64,000 nt of DNA. Origin: Eledone cirrhosa. Lineage: Eukaryota. Shown one piece after another: positions 43,029-56,137 of the stretch; the stretch's first letter is position 1, and each line of letters opens with the position of its first letter. The position numbers and the translations under genes were made by a program. The stretch covers positions 55,552,001-55,616,000 of the forward strand of contig OZ024740.1 of assembly GCA_964016885.1 (NCBI GenBank), in the 5' to 3' direction. The notes under the pieces were generated by a model. The model was given only the letters and a program-made list of their open reading frames with translations, was not told the DNA's origin and searched no databases.

Positions 43029-43469
43029 ACACACACAGATACACATTATCAGAATCATGTAAGATGCGCTGTGATAGTAATAGGAGACCACAGACCGTCC
43101 GCCTATCCCGCGCGTCAGATGAACGGAGGCTATTCGTGTTACTAAGAAATTTGTCTCATCAAGAAACCAGATCATAGGACGGAGGGAACCAGGTATATGC
43201 TGTACGTTACAGAATGGTTCAAACCCATACAAACGCAAACACATGCTATATATATTCGTATTTGCTGTGCACCATCATTCTCTTCATTGGCTAATACCGT
43301 TGGTATAGAGAGAGGGAACTGGCATTAATAGATAACTGTTATACTCCACTTATACTGACAAATGTAAGAAGAATGTTTGCCTAGGCATGTTTCCCAATGA
43401 GGATATTTGCCGATGCAGTTCCAGAAAGGGGGGAAAACAAATACATGATAACGAATATCTTTCAAAATG

Positions 43470-43470
<1 letters not shown>

Positions 43471-43500
<30 letters not shown>

Positions 43501-44690
43501 CTTCTTCTTCTTCTTCTTCTTCTTCTTCTTCTTCTTCTTCTTCTTCTTCTTCTTCTTCTTCTTCTTTCTAAGAGGGTTGCAGGAGAAGAGGCCTCAGACA
43601 CTTCTTCCAGTGGGACGTCAGAAGCAACCGTCTCCAACTGTTCCGACTGGTTCCTTAATGGACACCAGACAAGCTCATATATGTTATCCAACCATCTGGA
43701 TCGGGGTCTAACCCTGGGTCTCCTATCGGTTGGTTCTGGCCCCGTAACATCTCTCCAGCGATTCTTTCCTGGGACATTCTAATCACATAACATAATATCC
43801 GAGCTTTGACCTCTCAATTCGGAGAAGCAGCGGCTCTACCTTGAGTGATTCTCTTAACCCCGAGCTACGAATTCTATCGAGTAACTTTACCCCAAAGACA
43901 TTTCGGAGGGACCCCATTTCGGCCGCATATATGCACGATTGTATTCATTCAGCCATTACCCAAGATCCATGACCATAGGTAAGTTGGAACGAATGCCGAA
44001 TTGAAAATAGGAAGTTTGGCCTTTACGCCTACCTCCCTTCCTATTACTAGGTTGAGGAAAAAGTTCGTGCGCCGTGTTAAAATAGTGATTTTTTAATGCA
44101 AGAATGTATTCAAAAACAACAACTATTCTTCAAAATAAAGACCACCATTGTCCACGACCTTCTACCAACGACCTGCAAGCTTTCGGATTTGGTCAAGGTA
44201 CCAATCCTTCGGCTTTGAATCGAAAAATTCTTGACAGGCATCTTCAACTCATCGAATGACCCAAATCGGTGACCTTTCATAAAGTGCTGCATTGATCGTA
44301 GTCAGATGCGGCAGAACTTCCACACCATCCAATTCTTCAATCTTCTTGCTGGTGTTTCTGGGGGTATGCGGCTTTACATTGTCTTGTTGAAACAAAGCGC
44401 GTTTTCGACGAACAAGTTTTGAGTACTTTTCAACCAGCGCATCGTAGACTCGATCAAGTTGCTCGCAGTAAAGTTCACCATTGAACATGACATGAACTGA
44501 ACATGGCACACGAACTTTTTTCTCAACCTAATATTAATGAATACTGACGGTGTCACATTACTACACTAACTCCTGCCATTCTTGCACTTAATTCAGTCTC
44601 TTGCCTTCCATCACTCCTGAAGACAGCCCTAAGACACTTCTCTACCTGCTTCAATATAATACCATTTACATCTGTTTAGATATCACAGAT
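43471..44690 (-). mobile_element. 3' end of an RTE-clade LINE with (GAA)n tail, interrupted by a mariner
   Basis: Minus-strand LKQVEK..SDGRQETE, LTYGHGSWVM, LKVEPLLLRIERS and RRPRVRPRSRW motifs, followed by (GAA)n at 43471-43565. Confidence 0.8.
44047..44531 (-). mobile_element. Internally deleted mariner DNA transposon
   Basis: ~30-bp TIRs (C/T)TAGGTTGAG(G/A)AAAAAGTTCGTG(C/T)GCC(G/A)TGTT, TA on both sides, transposase C-terminus FQQDNVKPH..EVLPH..HFMKGHRF. Confidence 0.93.
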
Positions 44691-45140
44691 CACACAACGC
44701 AACCACAAATACACACCCAACACCCAACACCCAACACACCATCAAACTCAATGCGCCTAACGTACGGATTTTAAAAGTAGATCCCGCCAGAAATACCAAC
44801 CAACTGCATCGCTGCAGGTTTCAATAGGCACTTGTATAACAAATAAATCACTGGTGCTGTGTCAGTAATAAATTTAATAGAACTTACAAGAATGCATCCA
44901 ATATTCAAATCCTTACACATGTATTAGCAAAGAATACACTGGGATGATGGCATTAAGTACAATTTAACAGGGACAAGGTAATCATAATGATGTTTAAAAT
45001 TATAGTCTTGCAGATCCTTTTTCTTTTCATGTGTAGATAATTGTATCGCCCCTCAACCACATTGTTCTAGCTTCAACCAGGGGCTGGGGACCTAGGACAC
45101 ATATCTTCGACCAAATACTAGGAAACGACAGGAGCGCGTC

Positions 45141-45181
<41 letters not shown>

Positions 45182-45184
45182 TAT

Positions 45185-46432
45185 CAAGGAAGGAAGAAAT
45201 GAACAAACAAGAGGATGCATTAACATAGTTTAACGTATCGGGCATTTACGCTTTATCAGGAGAAACACAAAATGAAAATAACAAGGGAAATAAAGAAATA
45301 TGTATTTTCTAAAAAATAAGATTAGAAAGAAAACATAAAGAAGAGAGGGTAGAGGGTGAGATGTGATGGGTAGGGAAATGGTCCGGTATGCGTGTGTGGA
45401 GGCCGAGGTGAGGAATGCCGACCTGTAGTTGGTGGTTGTGAGTAGGTGGCGTGCTTATTATGATACCTGAGTTTTTGTGCTTATTATGATACCTGGGTGT
45501 TAAAAGTGTTGGTGGAAATGAGTGTTTGAATGCATTTACACATGCGTCCGTGCACGCACACACGGATGATTATTCACTGAAACCCACACATGTATATGTG
45601 TACACACTAATACACCCCTATCCTTGTGTATGCACTTGTGCATGTGTGTGCGCGTGTGTATGTCAGTATGTATGTTTTGCAAAGATGTGTTATTATTAAT
45701 GTGTATTGTAGGACAGTGGATTGGCAGTATCGGTAGAGGGGTCTGGCGCCATGCTTTGTAGCATAGAGTTACGGCCCTTTTTGATCTGAGTTCAAATCCC
45801 GCCGAGGTCAACTTTGCCTTTCATCCTTACGGGGTCGATAAAATAAAGTACCTGTCACGCACTGGGGTAGATTTAATCGATTTCCCCTCCTCCAAAATTG
45901 GTGGCTTTGGGGCTATATAAAAAACCCTTATTAATGTATATTGTGTGGCTGCATGTATGTGTGTATGCGTGTGTGACTGTGGGTGGTGCATATACGGAAG
46001 GAGTTGGTAGGGTTTTCGTATCTAGTAAGATCCAAGAAAAGTTTTCGTATTCTGGTTGGTAAATGTGAAGTATGTAATGGGCATGTGTAGAATGGAAGAG
46101 AACGGAATTGTGGGTGAGTGTTACCCACAAGAAGTGTGTGCATCTGTTTATGTGTGTATGCGTGAATGAGACGGCATAGTTCTAAAGGAGGAATAGGATA
46201 TGTGTGCGTGTGTGTGTGTTATATTCAGAGGTTGATGGAGTGTGTGATGGTGATGGAGTTGATAGATAGAGTGGTGTGTGTGGGAAACAATCCGTGTGAC
46301 AGATTAGGAGCCAGGGTGTATTTTACGGATTGGAGGTGGTGAAGGTGACGTTGCGTGTGGTGGTGTGTGTATATGCTGCTTGTGGTGGTCGTAATGATAG
46401 TGCAGATGTTGCGGGCACGCGCAGATATAAAG
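45185..46432 (-). mobile_element. Probable ORF-less PLE 3'UTR/pLTR remnant
   Basis: Same GT-rich strand bias as the PLE4 inverted arm; a weak HHR-like CTGATAA..GATACG near 45230-45260 (minus); microsatellite flanks. Confidence 0.3.
45713..45912 (+). mobile_element. tRNA-derived SINE
   Basis: TGGCAGTATCGG and GAGTTCAAATCC boxes with a full-length body. Confidence 0.88.
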
Positions 46433-46447
46433 TCACACACACACACA

Positions 46448-46521
<74 letters not shown>

Positions 46522-46655
46522 AAAGTTTTATTTAAAATTGTTGGGTTACAACAAGTAAATATTTTATAACTGATATAAAGCACTCGACAAGTTTTGGAGT
46601 AGATATACGATATTAAACAAATCGAAACTATATTTATAAAACCATATTTATTTCA

Positions 46656-46711
46656 TTATACATATTTCGGGGATACCATATTAAAAATATGGCATGCCTT
46701 CTTCAGATAAA
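46656..46711 (-). ncRNA. Hammerhead motif, PLE3 left pLTR
   Basis: CTGAAGA, long stem II ATGCCATAT/ATATGGTAT, GAAATATGTA; stem I is weak. Confidence 0.55.
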
Positions 46712-48356
46712 ATACAATATATAAACAGTTTTATAAATAATTTTGACGTAACATAAATATTGACCAACCTTTATGTAAGAAGCTGGTTTGGTAGTGAGAT
46801 GTTTATAAATATTTAGTGTTAAGCACAGTTAAAAAGAAGGACGGAGAAAAAGAAGAAATGTATGTAAAGGAAAACAGAGAGAAATAGAGAGAGATAGGGG
46901 AGAGAGAAATAGTGAGGAGGTGAAAAAAGAGGCAGCTGAGGCAACAGATGAATAATAATAATTCATCATACAAATTGAGAGATTTAGGAGGGAGGGAGTA
47001 CTGTAATTATTTAGTTATAGTGTTAAGGACAGTTGGGGAGGAGGCGGAGAGAAGTAAAAAATGAAAAGAAAACAGAGAGAGAGAAAGATAGAGGTGGGGG
47101 GAAAAAAAGAGGTAGACCAAATAATAATAATTATATATGGGGAGGTGAGAGAAATAGGAGAGAAATAAGAGAGAAATAAGCGAGAAACTCGAGAGGCAAA
47201 GTTAAAATAACCGATACCTAGACTTCATCATATATAAAGAGGGAGGAGAAGAAAGAACTATATCTAGAGAGAGGGATGATAGATTTACATCTTTACGTTA
47301 TGTCCTATCAATTTGAATTATCAATTCATATAAATTGGGTAATATAATGTAAATATCAATATTCATGAATGAGACATAGATATATAATGTGTGAAAAATA
47401 ATGACCATATGTTTAGTTTAAAATTCTGAGGTCGATGTACCAAAAACTGAGATAAAACTTCAAAAAATACGGAAATATATAAGTATATACATACACATGT
47501 ATATGCACTTTCCAGAAAAGGAAAGAAAGAGAAAAAGAGAAGGTCATCTCAAGTTCTAGTTGATACTATAAACATACCCATGATCTTACGTGATCAACTC
47601 TGTAATTTCTTGTTTCACAGAAAAAAAATGTTTCCCTTGTGTTATAAAAGATTTTACTATATATATATATACATAAAAAAAAAATATTAATATTCTTGCC
47701 CTCATATACATGATTATCGTTCATGTATAGAATATTATGCATATCTGTAACATATCCAGAACTATACCCACACATACATATATATATATATGCATGCACA
47801 CATATATGTACATGGACAGATAAAATAAACAGATAAAATAAAATATACTCTGTAATCATTCCATATGCATATTAATACATATGGCCTTTGTACAGAGACA
47901 ACCAGATATCAATATATCAGCACAGAGATATCAAAACGTTAAAAATATTTTCATCACTCCCTAGAGTATCTCGGGCCGTAAAAAACACAGTATGCCCCCC
48001 ATATCAACCACAGAAATCTACCCTTCCAATTTATCTGACAATATATTGCCAAGTTCATTAGAAGCAATCAGAATCAAATAGCAAACAAAAACCAAAAATT
48101 ATTCAACAAAACTTATTTAGCAGAAATCATTTAAAGGATTTAGGAGACCCTGTTGTTCTACGGATGCTCTTATATTTAGTATAGAAGTTTATCTAGCGTA
48201 AAATTTATTCAATAGATTGGGAGCATCTACATTTTAGGGTAGTTTAATTACATCATTAGTATATATTTATGAAGAAGGTTTAAAAGAAAAAGTCGAATGA
48301 ATCGAAAGATTTATCGTCAGGTTTCATACATTAATTAAATATCTTAATTAATTATA

Positions 48357-48775
48357 CTACATTTTAAGTTTATATTTATATTTAAACGTTGAGTTCAATC
48401 TATGTCTGCAGCAACTGAATAAATTGCTCCTTAAATTAAGGGAATTTTTGGATTTTAATATAAGGAATATCTCCTCCACACAGAGGTCACATGTCTCAGA
48501 TGAGGAATTAAAAGGAATCCCTCTTGAGACAATATTCCAAAACATCGAATACCCAATGTTAGTTATCATATTTAAGTTGCCAGAGTAAGCCTGATAGTGA
48601 AGTTGAAGATTTTTTGTTTGGATCTGTGAAAGAATTCTTATGATTATTGTAGCGAAGTTTAAATTCTGTCGAGGTGGAACCAACATAGTTAAAAGAATTT
48701 AAGTTAGTTTTAACATTACAATTGTATATTATATTTTTAACTAAGCAATTGTTATTTAACGGACATTTAGATTTA
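48357..48775 (-). pseudogene. GIY-YIG endonuclease of PLE3 (frameshifted)
   Basis: KCPLNNNCLVKNIIYNCNV..NYVGSTSTEFKLRYNNHKNSF, then CDLCVEE..LNLRSNLFSCCRH. Confidence 0.88.
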
Positions 48776-49392
48776 ACAAACTAAATGAAAACTTGAATTA
48801 TGTCAATTTTAACTCTAATCACCCCAGATCTGCTAAAAATACTAGAGTGAACTCTGTTCAAGAACGTATCTCAAGAATTTCATCTAATAAAAATATTTTC
48901 GACGAAAAAGCGCAGTATTACAATGAAGCGTTAGCTAGAGCAGGATATAGTGATAAAATTAAGTACATCGATAATAATAGGCAAACTAACCAAAATAATA
49001 ACAATTTTAATCACGGTAACAACTTTAACAACTATAATAGAAAACATTACAATAATTCCAAAAGCCGGAAAAGAAATAGAACTAGAAATATAATATGGTT
49101 TGCCCCCCCCTTTCTCACTAAATATTAAAACCCACATTGCTAAACTATTTCTTAATGCTGTTGACAAACGCTTCCCTAGAACACATAAATATCACTCAAT
49201 TTTTAATAGACATACTATAAAATTAACTTACTCGTCCACCAAAAATTTAGCACGAAATATTAACAGAATAAATAATAGGAATCTAAAACCTAGCCAAACT
49301 ACCGATAATAGCCAAAACAATATTCAATTAAACAACTGTAACTGTAGAAATAAATCTAAATGTCCGTTAAATAACAATTGCTTAGTTAAAAA
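48776..49392 (+). pseudogene. Inverted RT thumb and CxCx5Cx5C linker of PLE3
   Basis: YVNFNSNHP, YYNEALARAGY, WFAPP / FSLNIKT, FNRHTIKLTYS, CNCRNKSKCPLNNNC. Confidence 0.9.
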
Positions 49393-50257
49393 TGGGTATG
49401 TCTATAGTATCAACTAGAACTTGAGATGACCTTGTCTTTTTCTCTTTCTTTCCTTTTCCGGAAAGTGCATATACATGTGTATGTATATACTTATATATTT
49501 CCGTATTTTTTGAAGTTTTATCTCAGTTTTTGGTACATCGACCTCAGAATTTTAAACTAAACATATGGTCATTATTGTTCACACATTATATATCTATGTC
49601 TCATTCATGAATATTGATATTTACATTATATTACCCAATTCATATGAATTGATAATTCAAATTGATAGGACATAACGTAAAGATGTAAATCTATCATCCC
49701 TCTCTCTAGATATAGTTCTTTCTTCTCCTCCCTCTTTATATATGATGAAGTCTAGGTATCGGTTATTTTAACTTTGCCTCTCGAGTTTCTCGCTTATTTC
49801 TCTCTTATTTCTCTCCTATTTCTCTCACCTCCCCATATATAATTATTATTATTTGGTCTACCTCTTTTTCCCCCCCACCTCTATCTTTCTCTCTCTCTGT
49901 TTTCTCTTCATTTTTTACTTCTCTCCGCCTCCTCCCCAACTGTCCTTAACACTATAATTTAAATAATTACAGTACTCCCTCCAAAATCTCTCAATTTGTA
50001 TGATGAATTATTATTATTCATCTGTTGCCTCAGCTGCCTCTTTTTTCACCTCCTCACTATTTCTCTCTCCCCTATCTCTCTCTATTTCTCTCTGTTTTTC
50101 TTTACATACATTTCTTCTTTTTCTCCGTCCTGCTTTTTAACTGTGCTTAACACTAAATATTTATAAACATCTCACTACCAAACCAGCTTATTACATAAAG
50201 GTTGGTCAATATTTATGGTACGTCAAAATTATTTATAAAACTGTCTATATATTGTAT

Positions 50258-50313
50258 TTTATCTGAAGAAGGCATGCCATATTTTTAATATGGTATCCCC
50301 GAAATATGTATAA
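50258..50313 (+). ncRNA. Hammerhead motif, PLE3 right pLTR
   Basis: CTGAAGA at 50263-50269, GAAA at 50301-50304, GTA site ending at 50310. Confidence 0.55.
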
Positions 50314-50360
50314 TGAAATAAATATGGTTTTATAAATATAGTTTCCATTTGTTTAATATC

Positions 50361-50396
<36 letters not shown>

Positions 50397-50506
50397 GCAT
50401 GTATGTTTTGTGGGGTGAGTTAGTATTGTCAATTGGTGTTAGTTGTAAAATGTTCGGGTATTCTAGCCATAATTGTGAGGGGTTAGTGAATATTAGTCGT
50501 GTTCGC

Positions 50507-50599
<93 letters not shown>

Positions 50600-50665
50600 T
50601 AATCCGAGTTGAATCGGAGGTAACCACAGTAAGTAAGGTACTCAATACATTGCAGAGTATAAAAT

Positions 50666-50712
50666 ATTCCTGATGATTTCTAAAGAATGAAACAGTTCTA
50701 GTCCTGTAGAAT
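50666..50712 (+). ncRNA. Compact type I hammerhead in a ~135-bp island between (TA)n tracts
   Basis: attc-CTGATGA-tTTCtaaaGAAt-GAA-ACAG[ttctagtc]CTGT-A-gaat; cleavage predicted after A50708. Confidence 0.8.
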
Positions 50713-50729
50713 CTCATCTATATTAAAAC

Positions 50730-50769
<40 letters not shown>

Positions 50770-50771
<2 letters not shown>

Positions 50772-51378
50772 CAATTGAATATATAAGAGGGATGAACACC
50801 GATACAATTATGCATGTGTTCGAATTGCAATTCGAACAGATGTATAAATGTATAGGTGTTCATCAATTGTATTACACGGCTCGGGAAGATTCCCTTCCTT
50901 GAGCTATTTAATTGTAACTATGATATTCTCGGCTCCATACGTAGAGCTAACTTTAGTCTCATAAAACAGGCTGCTATTTTTAGCGGTATGAGTATGAGAC
51001 GCGCTAGGCATTGCAACATGTGCTTTTATATCAACACACAGTTCAGTCTTCTTAGATCTTTTGGTGTGAAAGGTACGAATTTCCCACAGAAGAGCACAGG
51101 AATTCTGGCTTTCACTTAATAATTCTTGCGAACAGATTTAGATCTATCCGGGTATCAAACGGCAGTTGCCCGATATAGGTTTGTTATTTTTATTGATTTA
51201 TTACTTTAAATCGAGACAGGCAAACCATATTGTTTTAAATTAGTATTTTTTCAACCTAGCTAACTTGGTTATTTGCAATTCAAACACATGTATACTTGTA
51301 TCAGTGTTCATCCTTCTCATATATTCAATTGTATTACACGGCTCGGAAAGATTCCCTTCCTTGAGCTATTTAATTGTA
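50770..51378. repeat. Island with a 5' inverted duplication plus a partial tandem repeat (~450-460 bp period)
   Basis: CAATTGTATTACACGGCTCGG..TTTAATTGTAA at 50864 and 51326; 50770-50828 is the inverse of ~51274-51332. Confidence 0.8.
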
Positions 51379-51411
51379 AAAGAATATTTTGAGTTTCTAA
51401 CTCAATCTATG

Positions 51412-51730
<319 letters not shown>

Positions 51731-51794
51731 AACATTTGTTTCGACACACGATTTCATATCAAAAACCTCGCAAAACTATATATATATATATATA

Positions 51795-52525
51795 TGTAGA
51801 TAAATCTACCAAGAGTTTACGGTAGTGTCCAATCCGTATGAAGAACTCAATGTATATATATATAAAGTGATCATATTGGATATATATATACTTTTTTTAC
51901 ATTGTGTTTTTTACATTGTGTTTTCCCCTTCAAATACTTACTTATATTTCTTTATATATTCTCTATATATTTTTTTATATATATATTTTTTATCTTTATT
52001 CTTATATTCACTTTTATCCTCCTTTATATTTTACCTTATTCTTACTTTTATACCTTATTGTAGTGTAATCTTCCCCATGCCTTATTATACATTATTAATT
52101 ATAGATTATTATTATTACTCTTTTTCCATTTCTAATTACCTCATGTACTTTCTCCTCCGTTATATATATATATATTGTATGCCCTTTGTGTTTGTGTAGC
52201 CTCTGCACACCCTCTGCACCATACTATCGACGCCACCCCATCTATGGTTCAGCTAACCACTCGACTCCCGGGAATGAATATGACCGCAGCTAGTAAACAA
52301 GGACCCACACCCCGCCCTCCCGCACCAAAATTAGACTTATCGTCCCCTACTTTTGCTCTTTACTCTCTTTACTCTTTGTTCTTGAATGTTTGGTTGGTAG
52401 AGTCCATAACACCAATCAAACCCCTTTTATAGCTCTGACGAATCCTACGGTTACGTAAGGAAGAAACATTGTAAGCCAATAAAAATCTTTTGATGTTGTA
52501 GACGCTCTTGTGTTCTTTATCATAT
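51795..52525 (+). mobile_element. Solo PLE-type pLTR/3'UTR with HHR
   Basis: T-rich body, HHR near the 3' end, TA flanks; shares CCAATC..ATGAAGAACTCAATGT with the PLE1 3'UTR (~14839); second copy at 20357-20560. Confidence 0.65.
52432..52476 (+). ncRNA. Type I hammerhead ribozyme
   Basis: gct-CTGACGA-aTCCTACGgttaCGTAaGGAa-GAAA-CATTGTA-agc; cleavage predicted after A52473. Confidence 0.8.
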
Positions 52526-52919
52526 ATATATATATATCCAATATGATCACTTTAATGTATAGTGATTAGAGTTAGTAATTTGTGGTTGTTCTGCCGATAA
52601 TCGTAAGGTCGTGTTTGCAATTCCCCTCTGTGTGTTGTGAACTTGAGTAAGACAATTTATATCTCGCTGGTCTAGACCGCGTAATTGGCATAAATAAGTT
52701 GATACTCTAATCGAATAGGCCAATCTCATAAGGCATTTTACCAAACCGAATCTCCGAGAGAACTGAATTAAAATTATGCATTTCTATGACTGCTCCGCCA
52801 CTAGCATACGACATTCAAGAGCAATCTGTTCTTTTGATTTAACAACTGGAACACTCATCGTAGAAATCGACTGAAGTCCAGCAAACACAACAAACATATA
52901 TTGTCATATATGTATGTGC

Positions 52920-52988
<69 letters not shown>

Positions 52989-54396
52989 AGTGTATGTGTG
53001 TGTATGTGTGTGTGTGTGTGTATGTGTGTTTTATACTTTAAACAATTGCAAAATAGTAATAAATTAGAAATGAGAAAATTAAAAAGTAAGAATTGAATGT
53101 GTTAGGCCATGTTTATAGTTCGGAACATACTATGGAAATCGTATTGCTTACCTACGTAGTCATGTCTAATTTCTGTGTATTTACGTACCATGGAAATTAT
53201 AAAAGAAAGGTTGAGTAGCGAGTTCAAACAAAAATACACTATAGTATTCATGACATTACCACCGTCGAAAAACACTTATTCTCTTTACCTTTACAATAGA
53301 AATTATAATTTACAAAGGAAATATATTTTCTGTCAACCCCAAAAAAGTTTTCTTTAGATTCGTTAAAATAACTGCAACAACATATATTTGAGTGTTCTGT
53401 TTTGGTGCAAAGGAATCTCGAATATCGAATTTGGTATTGTAACAAGTGAAAAGATTTGCCAATTAACAGTCAATTTTCGCAGTTGTTTGTTTCTATTCAA
53501 ATTAATACACTAGAAGAATATTCTTTCCTTCACTCTGATTAAAATAAATAAAAAGTAATTGAGCACACGCTGACACCGAATACATGTTCGTCTGTTGTAC
53601 GTATTTTCAGTTGTACCAGAACATGATGAATTTATCGAGTGTAACAAAGAATATAACATTGTTTCAATACATACGGTTATTGATTAATTAAAAGAAAGTC
53701 TCTCTCAATTTTCGGCATAAATTAATACAATACGCACACGTAAATAATATTTCAAAAGCAAGTAGAAGATTATTCAATTTCAGTTCAAACAATTATCATT
53801 GTCTGTTCTTTTATTAAATGTCTTTTAATCATAATGCAGGTTATTGTGAAAATTATGAGAAAGAAAGATTGTACAGTGACAAACAAGTGAAGTCACGATA
53901 AATGAACAACTATAACATGTTTCCTACACATTCCTTTTTATATTAATCGAATTGTATGTTTCTGTTTGCCCTAACATCACTATCAACCTATACAGTGGAA
54001 GTTCGAGCCAAAATAGGAAATGTTACTTGTTATTTTGAAGTGCTAGAAAGAGAAGTTACATCTCTCGTAAACAATAGTTCCTCTATCATAAATGAAGACA
54101 CATTCTACAATGTTGTACTTCATGCATATTACAAAAAATGGAATCGTCAAAGCGGTATTGCCTTTAATCATAGGTCCGGTTGATGAGTGCTGACAGATGG
54201 ATAAACAATGACTATATTCGACTGATGACTGATGTAGTTTTCGCTCCACGTATCGCGAAGCAGCCGCTTTACCTGAAAAAAAAAAAACATACACACGAAA
54301 TAAATTATTTGTTTTTGTTTGTTTATTTCACAGTGCCACCGAAAAGATATGCAACTAAACAGCAAGAACACTAAAAAAAGTATCTGATGTTAGTAT

Positions 54397-54955
54397 AATA
54401 CACATTAATTCACAGTAAGCCACAAATTGTGTTTATTAAAGTGCACATAGGGCGTTGGCTTGGTTGTATCAGTAGAACGTCGGACAAAATGCTTTGTGGC
54501 ACATAATTACGGCTCTTTACATTCTGAGTTCAAATCCCGCTGAGCTTAGCTTTGCATTCATCATTACGGGGTCGAGAAAATAAAGCACCAATAACGTACT
54601 GGGGTCGATTTATTCGACCCCCCCCCCCCATACACACACATACACAAAATAAAGATTACTGGCCTTGGGCCTATATTAGAAATCAGTATATTGTAATACA
54701 CATTAATTCCAGAAATTGTGTTTAGTAAAGTGCACATAGGGCGGTGGATTGGCAGTATCAGTAGAACATCGGACAACATGCTTTGCGGCATAGAGTTAAA
54801 ATCCTGAACCGTTCTGAGTTCAAATCCCGCCAAGGTTAACTTTGCCTTTTATCATTACGTGGTCGCTAAAATAAAGTACAAGTAACTCACTGGGGTCAAT
54901 TTAATCGACTTTCCCCAACCTCAAAATTGGTGGCCTTGTGCTTAAACCAGAAAAT
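54397..54955 (+). mobile_element. Two tandem tRNA-derived SINEs (~54450-54690 and ~54740-54955) with a duplicated upstream flank
   Basis: B-box GAGTTCAAATCC in both; both are preceded by TAATACACATTAATTC..AAATTGTGTTTA.TAAAGTGCACATAGGGCG. Confidence 0.85.
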
Positions 54956-55129
54956 ATGAAAAGAACACATAATGTTTTCAGTACAATAAGCAGTCACCTC
55001 GAATCATAATTACTACAGCTCGAATCATAATTACTACATCATCAGAATTTGAATGGAAAGTGAACTGATAAATTATTCATTCTTCTTTTAAAACATTTGC
55101 GGCCAATCCTTTGCCCTTCGTCAGCTGCC

Positions 55130-56137
55130 GGATGAACGATTGCACTGTTGGTAGCGGGCAGTGATTGCATTCATTGACTTCATTTCCGCCTTCGACTGCG
55201 TCGCCGGGATCACCCTATGGTGATCGTTGAAAATCGAACAAGTGCTTCAGATGTGGTCTCGCCTCTGCTGTTGAATAAAATTCATTGACAGCATCATTCA
55301 GCAAACTTTCGAATCACAAGGCGGTGTACAGTTTGACGCCAAAAAATCCGTGACCGACTTCAGCTTTTCCGACGATAGTGCCATTTTAATAGATAATGAC
55401 GCTAAAGCAACAGATATCTTGCACGACATTGTCCGCTTCGCTCTGCCTTATGGACTTAAGATCAATGTGGACAAAACAAATGTTTTAATAACAGATGTCT
55501 CGCCCGCCACAGTGCATCATGAGGGTATTCAGAATGAGCAGATCCAGGAGTTAATAAAACTCGGCTCACAGGTTGCAGAGAATGAAGTCGAATCAAAAGC
55601 AGAGATCAACTGCCTAATCCGGTCTGCGACATCTGCGTTTGGATCCCGTCAATGGGGTGTCTGGAGGAAGAATCGTATCTCCCAATGAACTTCAATCCGT
55701 ATTTTCCACACGTTGGTTTTACATGTTCCCTACAGCACTGAGACCTAGACAATCCTCAAAAGAGACCTGAACAAGTTCGAAGTGTTTCAAATTCGATGTC
55801 TTCCTCAGATAGTTGGTCTCTCATTATGAGACCGAATCTCAAGAACATTGCCAGCAGCAACCGAACATTAAAAACTGAATCCAGCAGTGCTGGCTACAGG
55901 ATTAGCACCAGACGTCTACCATCCTAAATTTTGTCACGACAGTGACACCTGTTCTGGAGAAATCACGGCAGCTCACCGAAGAATACATGGTCAAAACAAG
56001 TCGAGGAGGGCCTGCAATCGTAGCGCATCGACCATGCTAAGGTGAGTGCCATGGATAGAAAAGCGTAGAAGAACATCATCATCGGATTCCATCTTTCAAC
56101 ATCTCCCACAGCAGCGTATTGGTTAAGAAGAAAGCCT
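55130..56137 (+). pseudogene. RTE-clade LINE RT C-terminal fragment
   Basis: TDFSFSDDSAIL (RT motif C), LKINVDKT, EINCLI..A..AFG, YSTETW-like and KLEVFQ.RCL-like motifs; stops and frameshifts. Confidence 0.8.

Larger units (their letters stand above)
46519..50366 (-). mobile_element. PLE3: rearranged Naiad-like Penelope element with ~1-kb terminal inverted repeats
   Basis: 46603-47579 mirrors 49403-50366; GIY-YIG on minus 48357-48775; RT thumb/linker on plus 48776-49392; (TA)n flanks. Confidence 0.9.
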
